DNA of 64,000 nt, taken from NCBI GenBank assembly GCA_030704615.1, contig CM060732.1:28954001-29018000 (forward strand), in the 5' to 3' direction. Below, piece by piece: positions 50,401 through 61,781 of the stretch. A model generated the notes under the pieces. That model saw only the letters and a list, made by a program, of their open reading frames with translations. It had not been told where the DNA came from and did not search any database. A program made the translations under genes and the position numbers. The DNA is from Takakia lepidozioides. Taxonomy: Eukaryota; Plantae; Bryophyta. Each line of letters begins with the position of its first letter. Positions within the stretch are counted from its first letter, which is position 1.

Positions 50401-51076
50401 TGCCTCGTGGTCTCACCCTTTGAAGTTGTCGAGTTTTAGATGCGTTTGTATCCCCTGCTTTAGATCATTGCATTGTTATGTGCTCTGTGTCTATACGGCA
50501 TGCCATAAACTCCCTTTCGAGTAGTGCATGTGAGATCTGCATCTAAGTTGTTCCTAGTGTGTCCATTCTCTTGCAAAACAGAGATAGGGTTCTTATTCTC
50601 CTGTGCATCCAGTGAAATAGTTCTCATACGCACATTTGTCTCTTGCATAGGTTTGCAGTTGCATTTCAGGACACCTCGCATACTTCTATTCTATGCCATA
50701 AACTCCCTTTCGAGTAGTGCATGTGAGATCTGCATCTAAGTTGTTCCTAGTGTGTCCATTCTCTTGCAAAACAGAGATAGGGTTCTTATTCTCCTGTGCA
50801 TCCAGTGAAATAATTCTCATACGCACATTTGCCTCTTGCATAGGTTTGCAGTTGCATTTCAGGACACCTCGCATACTTCTATTCTAGTTTCCTGTCTCTC
50901 AGGATCTCTCCTTTCAGGTTTGATTCACAGGATCTGAAATTTTTCCAAGGGTGCATAACTCGCCCCCCTAAAACTCGTTTGCCCGGATCGTGTTTATCTT
51001 GCACCCGGTGCATCCGCGTTGTACTGCTACACTTGTTTTGACGCTTTATGTGAACCCTAAACCCTAAACCCTAAAC
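47478..51076 (+). mobile_element. Tandem array 3 of derivative C (1346-1347-bp units with a 193-bp internal duplication), ending in (CCCTAAA)3
   Basis: Offsets 47767/49113/50460; hammerheads near 47634, 48981 and 50328. Confidence 0.93.
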
Positions 51077-51113
51077 TTGGATGGTGCTTTCTCGTATTAC
51101 GTACCGTTGGAGC

Positions 51114-51216
51114 GTTAGGGTTTAGAGTTAGGGTTTAGGGTTTATGGTTTTTTAGGGTTTTTTAGGGTTTTTTAGGGTTTAGGGTTTAGGGTGTTTTAGG
51201 GTTTAGGGTTTAGGGT
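51114..51216 (+). repeat. Degenerate (TTTAGGG)n tract
   Basis: TTTAGGG mixed with TTTAGAG, TTTATGG, TTTTTTAGGG and TGTTTTAGGG. Confidence 0.93.
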
Positions 51217-52266
51217 GGTTAGCAAAGGCTTGCAAAGGGAACAAAAAGTAGAAAAATACTGGAAAAAGACACAGTAAAAATTAAGGGGGGCCGGTTCGGA
51301 CCCAATTACAAATGCAATGGAAACCAAGACAAATGCATACAAAGTGCGCCTATCGTGCCTAAAGGGATGCAATAAGACTATTATGTCTTATGCAAGGACT
51401 CCCGCCCTCACGAGATAAGGTTCTCTAATTGAAGAATGAGGCACTTTCGTTCCAACCGTAAGTTTTTTTATGTTTGCTTCTCCTTGTTTAGCGACAAAAA
51501 TCTTGCTCACTATGGGCAAGCATGCGCTCAAGGCACTCACAAACATAGGGTCAAGTCTCAACCCCTAGTTGGAAAACTTATATGCCCCACCTTCAAAAAG
51601 AGGTTCGTACCTCTAAGGAAGAATGGGAGGGATTACCGCATAAGGTCATCGACGAGAAGGTTAGGTCGGCAGAGGCTTGCGCATGCCCATAGTCCTCTGA
51701 TCGCTCGAGATGAACTCGAGGGAGGATCAACCAAATCCCTTCTCTCCGACCATCGGGCGTACGACAGGGGGAACCGTGTAGTCGGGGCTAAATTAGCTTG
51801 CCCGACACGATTACCATATACCCCCAGCCGCCTTCCCCATTGTAAGCGGTGGCTAAGATGGCGTCAAACGGAAGGCTCTATACGCCCGTGCTTTGGAAAG
51901 AAAAAAGGCCTCGGAAGTATCCAAGGGTTGGGATTCCCCTCGGAGCCGAGCACCCCTTCGATCCAAGTTGCCCGGGCGGGCAAGGACTAGACTCTCGACT
52001 TCTCTAAATGTGGAGACACAAAAAGAGTTAAGGTGTTTTATTCCAAACAAGTTTCGCTTGATTGCTCAAGCTCATCAGTGGAACACCAAGAGATTAGGGT
52101 GGTTAGCAAAGGCTTGCAAAGGTAACAAAAAGTAGAAAAATACTGGAAAAAGACACAGTAAAAATTAAGGGGGGCCGGTTCGGACCCAAATACAAATGCA
52201 ATGGAAACCAAGACAAATGCATACAAAGTGCGCCTATCGTGCCTAAAGGGATGCAATAAGACTATT
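51211..52266 (-). mobile_element. Two family A pieces: start-to-telomere copy 51211-52094 (hammerhead 52032-52087) and 3' fragment 52095-52266
   Basis: Reverse complement of 11940-12820 and of about 12650-12820. Confidence 0.92.
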
Positions 52267-53251
52267 TGTTCGCAACCCCTGTGTATTAATGCAGAACCAT
52301 TTTTTGAGGAGGACCGGGGTGACACTTTTCGGTGTCCACCTTGCCACAGCATTCTCTGTGGTCTTCCCTCTTGTGGCAAGGACTACCATACATCCACCGT
52401 CATCCAGGAGCATCCCTGCCAGCCCAAACCTGGCTCTCCAGTAGTCCTCAGTAAACCTGTTCCAGGTGGGCACACCGTCCAGGCCCTCCAGCAGCTCCCC
52501 ATCTGGAATATCGAGGAGAATCATATCGCAGGCTCTCTCCACCCCCCCCCCCCTCCCTCCCGAGTGCTCTTGCAATCCGTGCTCACAGCTGTGAAGAATT
52601 CCATCATGGCTTCCAAACCAGGGGTGTCTTTAGGCTCTGTACCGGCAGCCCTCTTCTTGGCTTTCCCCTTCGGCTCCTCCAGAGACTTGCTGTGTGCCAC
52701 CTTCTTCGCCCTGGCAGCCAGAGCGTCAAGGAAGCTCTCATTGACGCATTGGGTGATGGTTGGGGGTTCTAGATTTGGCCTCTGCGGAAACGTCACCGCC
52801 GAATACCGCCGTGTAAATGGGCACCATTCACTTAGAGCCGTGACAACAAAAGCACATACGACTCAATCATAGGCTTCCAATTAACATAAGTAACCAAACG
52901 AGACATATCTCTCTTGGTGTCAAGAAAATGCTCAGTCATGTCCTGATTATCTCAAACTCGTGTCCTGACAAAACCCTGATGGGTGTCCTCTGGAGTATTG
53001 GCTGTATGTATGGCCTGTAACTTCATTTTTGGATGACCTTCAGAGTGCAATTCAGAGTTGGCCGTGGAGATGTTGGCCATCAGATTGTCCTGATCGGATG
53101 GATGAGAACTCCTGTAATTAGGGGTTATTTTTTTTTTTTTTTGGGGGGGGGGGGGGTATGACTACCTCCTCGCGCGCTCATTGTCGCTCATTGTCGCTCA
53201 TTCTTCTCTCTGCTCTCACTTTGCTCTCACTTGGTCTCTCTCATTTTGCTC

Positions 53252-54159
53252 CATTCAAGTGGGGGTGCTTAAGGAGTGTATGTCAGCATGCTCCAAAACA
53301 GCCAATGTGGCTGTTCGGGATGAGTTTGGCATTCCGTCCTTAAGCTCCCGACGAGATGAATTCAAGGTCAGATGGTGGGGTCAGCTGCAACATATGCCCA
53401 ACACCAGATATCCTAAGTTAATCGACTCTAACAGGACCGCCTTGTCAAACAGGCTAAGTCCTGGCAGAAGAGAGTAGAAGAGATCCTCAAGGACCTGGAC
53501 CTAGATCCGCAAGTCTTGACCCTGCTGGATAAATCTGACTTAGAGGCTGTAGTGTCCTCAGCCATGTCTGTTGCCATGAGATTGTCTAATGAAAATAAGG
53601 TTAGGCAGAAAACTTCCCTGAACTTGTTTCCAGTCTGTGACATGGGGGAGGACATCTTGGATGACCTCAAGGGTCTACCCACTCTCGGCACTAGACTGAA
53701 ATTTAAACTCAGGGCAGGAAGCCTACCTTTGAACAGCAAACAGAAGCAGAGAGGAAAGGGAGAGTGCAATTGCCCGTTGTGTGGGCAATCTGAAGACAAT
53801 ATTCATTTTCTGATACACTGTCCGGGGTTCTCTCACCAAAGAGATGCTCTCTTCAAATCTATTAAGGGAATTGTGCCTGTACCCCTGTTTACCAACATTG
53901 AAAGTCTCGAGGCTGAGCCAAAAGCCCAGGCCCTCCTGAGGCCTAATTTTCGGGCAAATCACACACAACAGATTGATGCTTGTGTGAAGGGATTTCTAGA
54001 GGATATCTGGAAAACCCGGATTAATTCTATATATGGAGGTAAGTCTTACTACCAACGTCAGCCCCTGACAGAGGTAGGTTCTGTCCCTTTTGTTCCCGCT
54101 CAAACTGGGCGCGGGGTCAATGGCCACAAGGCTACGGCAAACAACGTCTTATGAGTAAA
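53252..54159 (+). mobile_element. 5'-truncated non-LTR retrotransposon (ORF2 C-terminus with CCHC zinc finger, RTEX/I-like)
   Basis: KLRAGSLPL...CPLCGQSEDNIHFLIHCP..R. A 15-bp target-site duplication TCTCTCATTTTGCTC flanks it at 53237-53251 and 54160-54174. Confidence 0.8.
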
Positions 54160-54913
54160 TCTCTCATTTTGCTCTGCTCTCTTGCATTTTGCTCATACCA
54201 CCGTTTATCATATCTGCCGTCTCTTTTTGGCTCGCTTACTCACTTCTGCACTTTTCTGCTGCAGTTTAATAATCATTGGAGCGGGAGGTTGTGGCGCGTG
54301 GTGTGGAGTGACTACAGAGTTTACAGGAAGCGGGAACAATTTCAAGTATTCTAGATTCTAGTTTGTGTTAGGTGGCGAATTGCGCTTGTAGTTGCTTATA
54401 TGCTATCTGCGTAGTAAGGGGCAAGTTGCGGGAGCGATGTTTGGAGGGAGGCGCGTTTGTTTTTGGACGATGTTTAGGGTTTCGAGTAGACGGGATCTCG
54501 TGGATTTTGCTGTGAGAGTGTTTTTGACGAGTAGGTAGTGTGCTAGGGTTTTGTTTGAAAAATAACCGGTTGAAGTTCAAGACTGCAGGAAAATTACCGA
54601 TCATTTTAGATGAATCTAGGAAAGATGTCAACATATAACCGGTTGGACTTGGAAACATCAGGATCTCAACCGGTTATGCCCAAAAATCTCCCCGGGGCCC
54701 GCCCCCCACGCTAAATGGTCTTAATTGTGTAGTCCTTTATGCGACATTATGGTGAGTGCACGTCCTCTTGACATTGAGTTATTCGGCTCCCCACTCTAGG
54801 TCCTCACGCAAATTTCTCCCCTCCTGAGCGCTCGATCTGTGCCCGTCTTTCTTTCTTTACACCTTGCGTTCGCGGAGTTCCTTCCCGCTGCAGTGCTAGT
54901 CTGTTAGCAACTC

Positions 54914-55140
54914 ATGGGCACAAGGCGGGATCTCATTTTCATTCAAGAAGGCGGCTCTGAGATCGCCAAGCTCCGCGCTCCTAAGACAGCTACGGATGTT
55001 TTGAATGCTCTACGGCGTAATGGGGATTTGTTTGATCAAGAGGGAGTTCTGCTGCTTGGGAGCGATTCCTTGGACCCAAGAGACTATACCTTTAAGCAGG
55101 TTGATGCTCCTTCAACAACAGACACAAGTAAAGGCAGTGG
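54914..55140 (+). CDS. Possible first exon of an unknown gene
   Basis: Protein-like ATG-initiated frame after a CT-rich leader, with candidate GT donors near 55127 and 55140. No recognisable domain. Confidence 0.2.
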
Positions 55141-56518
55141 TAAACCCTTCTCCCTGTCATCGGGGTTTTGTCATTGGGATAATTTAGGTTTTCCTGTGGC
55201 GGTCTGAGTTTCTTAGGGCTCTGCGGCCTGAGTTTGCTGATAGTGAGGTTTAAGTACTTAGGGTTTGTTGTCACCAGATCGTTTCAAGGTTATTGAAAGC
55301 TTTGCAAACTTTGTGAAGGTAGGCAGAAGCTCCACTTGCCTTCACTCCATAAATGTGAAAAGGGACAATTCTTCATGATTAGTTTGTTTCTTAGCTATGA
55401 CTAGTGTTAGGGTAGTGACGTGCGGTTAACGATCTCCCTTTGAAGGTGGGGTTACTTCATTTTCATACTTGCCCTCTAGACACCCGATGACAATACAAAT
55501 CAATAATTCTATTGTCGTCGCAAGTGTGCACCGCAACACTATAGTTCATTACTGTATGTTAGCCACACCTTACTGTGGGCCCAGGTTATGTAGATTCTTG
55601 GCACCTTGACTTCAGAATCTTTGCTTGATTATGACATGTTGTTCTACGAGCCCACATACTCATGAAGGTATGCAATTGTGATTGTGGGCAGGCACATTTG
55701 AATTCTTGCAAGACAATTGCAATTTTTGTGGTTTCTTGGCTGCGTTGTGCACTCAGGGTTTCAACAGCTTCTCCCTATCCCGTGTGTGATCCTGTGTACG
55801 GTTGATACACGTAGTTTATTCATTCGATAGATCCATGTTAACAAGTAAAATATGAGGAGGGTCCTTTGAAAGACACGGTTGTTTGTTATTTATATGTGGA
55901 ATTCTGGTTGTGCACTACATGATAGATGCAACTCAACAACATGGGATGATGGTTAGAGTGTGAGATCGCGTTGCCTAGGGCAGTCTGAGCTTGTCTTTTT
56001 TTATGTCATAAAGTTTGATGATGAGGAGGTTCATTTGGTTGTCATTTCAGATGAACCATCACGAATCTTATGTGTCTTATATGTTGATTAATTACTTCAT
56101 CAATATGATAATTACCAAGAAAAAGCCACACCTTGCGATTGCGGTTGTCCCACCATCGTGAAGGATCTTTTAGAAACTCATGCCAGCTCTGCTCCGTGCT
56201 GTAAAATCAGGGCCGAGCGGATAGAGATTGAAACACGGCCTGCTAAGACGAAGCTGACTCTCCCAAGAACGGCGGGCTCCCAGCCGAAACCTCCTTGCAC
56301 ACATACCCTAGCGTTTCTAGGGTTGCTTGCTCCAAATGTGAAGGTTGATCCAACTGCGGGCCTCCCATGCATGTTTGCCCTCTCTCCCGCTCGCTCGCTC
56401 TAAGTCCCAACCCTCTCTCTCTCTCCCTCCCGCTCGCTCTAAGTCTGTTCACGCTACCGTGATGGGCAACTTTTTAAGTTTTTTAACCTTTTTGTAAACC
56501 CTAAAAGTCCCTCTTTGA

Positions 56519-56727
56519 TTTTTTTTCTTTTTTTTCTTTTCTTAAAGGAAACCACAGGCCCTTGAGGAGGAGGGAAAATTCACCCGCCTTCATTTATGGG
56601 CCATAAGACGTACAGGCCGATCAACGCCCATACATACCGTCACGAACAATCCCACACACGGGATAAGGCAGCGGGTTTGAACCCCAAACCACCAGGGCGA
56701 CACACTGTGCACTTACTAGCCGATGTG
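56519..56727 (-). mobile_element. Probable tRNA-derived SINE
   Basis: B-box GGTTCAAACCC at 56673-56683 on minus, weak A-box near 56715, A-rich tail at 56519-56540, about 200 bp long. Confidence 0.45.
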
Positions 56728-57099
56728 TTTTTTTTTTTTAAAATTGCATTTTGTTTTTTTTTAAATTGATTCTAGTGGTCAGAGTCTCCATTTTTTCAAA
56801 ATATAAATACTCATATATTATATATATAACCATAAAAGCATGTGTCGACATGTGCAGTCATGTAGTGATTCATCCATGTGATGATCTGGCAGAATGCATT
56901 AGAGTGAGAGTCATGAAGTCATATGTCTTTCTAGCAATATACACACGTCATTCCAGTGTAGCCATGACCGTGACTGGTAGTCATATCTGCCAGGCCAATA
57001 TTCGTGGTCAAACATGTTTGACCTGTGTTGCGCAGAGTCTGGAGCCATGCATTCGCATATACGCCTTCCCCAGACCTGCATTATGACTTCAAAAGCATT

Positions 57100-58973
57100 T
57101 TACGACTGCAAATGGCATTTCTGCCACAAATCTGTCATGACTGCGCACCCATGGGAGTCATAAAAGCCGCAATCTGTTGTTGTGATTGCAGGGCTGGTCT
57201 TCTGTTTTGCTTCCTCCATGTGCAGGTTTTCCTGGTTCAACACCCTTCCTTCCACCACCAAAGAAGCTACGTCTACCCTCACTGTCCCACTCCCTTTTCT
57301 CTCCTCAATTCCAGGGTGCCATGTAAATCTGACCTGTTTTCCTTTGTTGCCAACGACAGGTGGTTGTTCAACTTCATGCTTTAATTTCGCTGGTTTCTTG
57401 GCCAGATTTTCAGCGGGCATCTGATGTTGTTCCTCATTCTGAACCTTCGTATCATCATCTTCTGTTTCGCACCTTCCTTTCCATAGGCTGGTTGAGTTAC
57501 CTCCCTGGTGCCATTCCAACTCAGCCCGCTTTCTTTTGGCACCAGTAGCAGGTGGGTGCTCACCTTCTACATGTCCCTCAATTGGATGTGTCACATCAGC
57601 CACTCTCTCTTGCTTGTCCGCCACTTGTTTGACTCCTTGGCTGATCTTTCTTAGCTTCTTTTCCAAGTCACTTAATTTTTTTTTCCCAAAGTTCGCAATC
57701 CACATACCAACCTGCTTTCTTCAGCCTTACTTTGTTTGCTCCTTAGAGGGAACAAGTTAGTTGTCATCAAACCTGGTTTCTCCAGATGTTGAGCCTGCAT
57801 CTCATGAACTTCTTTTATGTGACCGTCTTCTGCTGCAGCCCTCATTTGTGTTCCTTTAGATGTCATTCCATGTACCTTGTTCAACAATAATGCCATAGGC
57901 TCACTCACGGGCATTGTCTTCACAAATGCCTTTGTTTCTGACTTTGTTTTCTTGCCATCCACAATAGGTATTTGAGTAAGAGGTGGCAGGTTTTTCTTAC
58001 CACTGTGGTCTTGATTCTCTGAGAGTACAAACAAGTTGTTTTCCTTCAGCTCATCCCTTCCTTTGTTTTGCTGAAGGCCTGATTGGTCCTTGATTTTTAT
58101 TATTGTTCTGGTTGGACTGACTTCCCTTTCTGTTGGAATTGCAGAGACTTGTACTGAATGGTATCCTTCATGTGACCACTTCTCTTCTCTCATCGTCTCC
58201 GCCTTGACCTGTACAGTATCATCTTCCTCCTCCTCTCTGGTAGAATGTTGTGCAATCCACTCTTCAAACTCAGCTATTATTGTTTCTTCATCATCTACCC
58301 CATAAGAGTTCGCAGAGGTCACTGATTCACCCTGTTGCTCCTGTTTGATTTCGCATTCCAACTCAAAATGTCCATGCATCTTGCAAGAGGGACACATAAT
58401 ACCACACTTTTCTATCCCGTGCCCTTCCTGGTGATCTTTCTCACATTCAAAAATGGTTCTTGTTGTGGGACAGACGGCAGCCATGTGTTCTTCTTGGCAG
58501 TGATTGCGTCTGGTTTCAAGTAGCAATGTCGTGTTTGCAGGATTTCCAGGTATCTCAGCTCTTCTTGCGACGTACTTCTCATGGACCTTGATGTCTGATG
58601 TGTCAATATAACAGTCAGAGTTGAAGATGTTTTGACTGTCTTTCTCCTCCCATAGGGTAGTTTCCAAATGTTTCAGTAATCTTCTTCCTTCATGTGACTT
58701 CTGTAATTTCAGGTCATGCTCGGTGAAGTCCATTCGATCAAACTTTCCAATGATTGCAGCTCGAAAATCGATCCAGTTTGAAGGTCTCGGTTCTTGTCTC
58801 AGGTACCAGTTCTCCGCTGTCCCATGTAGGTTCAGCCTAGCAACCTTGAACAATTTATCCTTGCTTAGGTCCTTGATATCTCCAATCATCTGTAGCCTTT
58901 CGATCCAATTTCTTACATCTTCCCTCTCCCATCCGTGAAATGGTGCATCGGCAACTCCAGGGAGCATTGTCAT
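57100..58973 (-). pseudogene. gag: Retrotransposon gag-like relic (second family)
   Basis: FHGWEREDVRNWIERL...ARLNLHGTAENWY...WIDFRAAIIGKF and a CPSCKMHGHFELEC knuckle; frameshift near 57690. An iMet-like PBS TGGAATCAGAGC lies at 59228-59239 on minus. Confidence 0.7.
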
Positions 58974-60366
58974 CCTGATGTTCTTGTTAAATCAGTGATT
59001 CAGTTTCCATTGAACCCTTCCTTCCATCATTCTTGTAATCTTCTAGCACCTGTATCGATTTGTTATGCTCGCCATCAACCCTTTTTTCATTTTGATGTGA
59101 ATAGTAGATGCAGTCCTTCGACACCATCGCCCTTGCAAGCTTGACCATCTTGCGTTCCATCTCTTTGAACTCAAAAGTTGACGATGAAACGCCCGCTTTA
59201 CTGTTTAGTTAGTCCACTGTCGACCAAGCTCTGATTCCAAAAAGAAAGTCCTAATTCGATACCTGTACAACCCATTAGTACTCCATCTATACCAGACTGC
59301 AGCGGAAGAGAAAACCTGGTCTAAATGGATTATTTGACTTCTTGTTTTGAAGTAGCATGCTAACTGTCTTTCTTAACTATCGTCCCAGGTAGGTGGTCGC
59401 CTTCCTTTGATCCTCCTCTTCATCTTCTTCTGCCTTTGTATTTGGTATCATGCACCGCTCGCATATGACACTGCAGAGCTGCTTACTTCATACTTCAGGT
59501 GCTATCCTGCTTTGCTTCCATGCTAACAAGTCGATCTTACATGGGTATGCAGACAATCTGGTGGACGGACTGCCCTCTACTACCTGTGATCAACCTCTAC
59601 TTCTAATCTTCCCGGCATGTTAGTGGAATCGCTCAAGTTTCATTCTACGTGGATACAACTTGCACGCTGGATCCTATGCTCAATGATCCTTATCACCCCT
59701 TATGATGCTAGCTAAACATGACCATTCCCTCAACGTTAGTTGCTACATTCCTACTTCAAATGTCACATGATTCACATGCCCCATACTTTATCACAGTCAA
59801 CGCAGTCTTTACTTCAGAGCCGAAAACTAGAACAAAAAGAGAGAGATCCAGTCTCCACTACTCTTATACTTGGGCTGATCCCTAACTCCACCTTATCCCG
59901 CCGTCTCCTTCACGTGATTATTAAATAGCAAGTCAACAATATTTAAGATCCTACAGCTTTTGGACATCAAGTATGGCGGCCACCGGGTCTTATCCCCCTC
60001 TGTGCCACAGGCCCATCAACTTCTAAAAACATACGATTCCCACGTGTTTTGTTTCTCAACCACTCTTTTAGCTGCATGCCACTTGCTAATATTTAATATG
60101 GCCACCTTGTTCCTAAATTACTGCTGCATCTCCTTTATTTCCGTGATTTCATCCCATCAATGATAACTTGATCTCACATTTCATCCCTCTGTCAACCCGT
60201 CATTCATCTGGTACTCAATCCATGTTTGAATGAAAAATTGGCGATTTCATCCGCTTCTCCTTAATGAAAAATCGCGACTTCATTGCATCCTTGAGCCCCA
60301 CAAACCCTACGTGCTTTGTCTGTTTCTTGCATGCCTTCCGTGTTTTGCTCATCACCTCCCTTCGAC

Positions 60367-61781
60367 CTACACTTCATCTTCTCTTTTAGAATCAGAGGAA
60401 TCTGCCATAGGGATATCAGTACTCTTCTGCATTTCCCTTATGGTATCAGCCACTTCCTTGTGCAGTTCCTTCTCATCTCTCCAAACCTCATCATCTTCAG
60501 ACACATCACCGCCATCTTCATTATCATCATCTTCCTCATCTACTGGAGGTATTAGTTTAGCTTTGCTTCTGGTTACTATCATTGTACTTACTTCTAGTAC
60601 AAAACAGGGCCTAACCATGTGAGCTGCCACCACTGGGCCCTCATTCACAGGAGCTCTCATCTCATTCTAGTGTCTGATCCAGAATGGACAGGCTGCCTTG
60701 CGATGTCCCGCCTGATTACAATAGTAACACAGTTCTTCACCATTGGGTCGTCGCCCTTGGTCTGCTCTGGGATTATTTCTATAATCCTGATTCCCTGGCT
60801 GGTAATTCCCCCTTGGATTACCCTGATAGTTGCCTCTGGGATTGCCTTGGTAATTCCCTCTTGGATTACCTCTCCCTGCCATACCATTGTTATAACCACT
60901 AGGCCTACCATAGTGGTCCTGATCATTGTTTCTTCTTGGCTGGGGTTGCACTTGATGCACCCTCACTTGCCTAGGTTCTCTTGCAGCTGTCCTTCTGTTG
61001 TAATAACAATTCTCAGTAGAATGGTTATCCATTTTACAGATAGTACAGTGTTCTCTTTCATGTGGCATTCAGTTGTGGTATGGCCTTCATTCTGGCATTT
61101 TACACACCAAACACCCTTCCTCCAATGTGTTGCAGCCTCTGTGGCATACTTCTTCAAGATTTCTTCCAATCTTTTCTCATAGTTATCCCTCTTCAACTTT
61201 TCCTTTTTCTTACTCTTCCTCTTGAGCTCTTGCTCTTCTTCCTCATCTGACTCATCCTTAGAGTCCTCATCATCCCTTTTCTCTCTCCTGAGCATTCCCA
61301 ACTGCTCAATTCTGTTGGCTGTTTCAAATGCCTCCTCCACTGTATTATGGGGTAGCATATCCACTTTCTTTTGCAATTTTGGTCTTAGTCCACTCACAAA
61401 CCAGGTCTTCTGTAACCCTGGCGCTGGTACAGCAGCCAACTTTTTCATCATTAACTCCATCTTTTCCATGTACTCTTCAACAGTTTCATGCTTCTTTTGC
61501 CTTAACTGTTGTAAACTCCCATACACTTCATCCTCAGTTTTGCTTGTCCTGAACCTATTTCGGAATGTCGTACTAAGGCCATTCCAGGTTAGAAAATGAT
61601 TATCAGAAAATCTTGCATACCATTCACTTGCTTTCTTGATAAGTGAACAAGAAAACAGTCTCATCTTGGCATCATCGCCATTCTCATTGTTCACAATATA
61701 CATGTGCTCAAATTGGCTGATATGTACATCAGGATCCCCTTTTCCTGCATATATTGGAAAAGGTGGCTTTGCCCGTGTTGG
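60367..61781 (-). pseudogene. gag: Third, more diverged gag fragment of the copy 1/2 Gypsy family
   Basis: Colinear with about 850-2243, with substitutions, a frameshift and a stop. Confidence 0.9.

Noticed and set aside
19922-50874. Recurrent 62-107 aa ORFs in the C units as functional genes
   Set aside because: They recur only because the DNA is repeated and they vary by frameshift between units. Only the 85-aa frame shows homology, as an RT remnant.
12815-51216. A current chromosome end within the window
   Set aside because: All telomeric tracts are short (25-100 bp) and internal, so they mark past events.
51436-51990. 184-aa ORF antisense to the family A leader
   Set aside because: Broken in the other two copies and has no recognisable domain; indel errors mean it cannot be fully excluded.
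53124-53156. T-run followed by G-run
   Set aside because: No associated element could be defined, and homopolymers are error-prone.
54560-54720. Three AACCGGTT palindromes and a GC-rich tract as a possible transposon end
   Set aside because: No matching terminus or TSD in the window.
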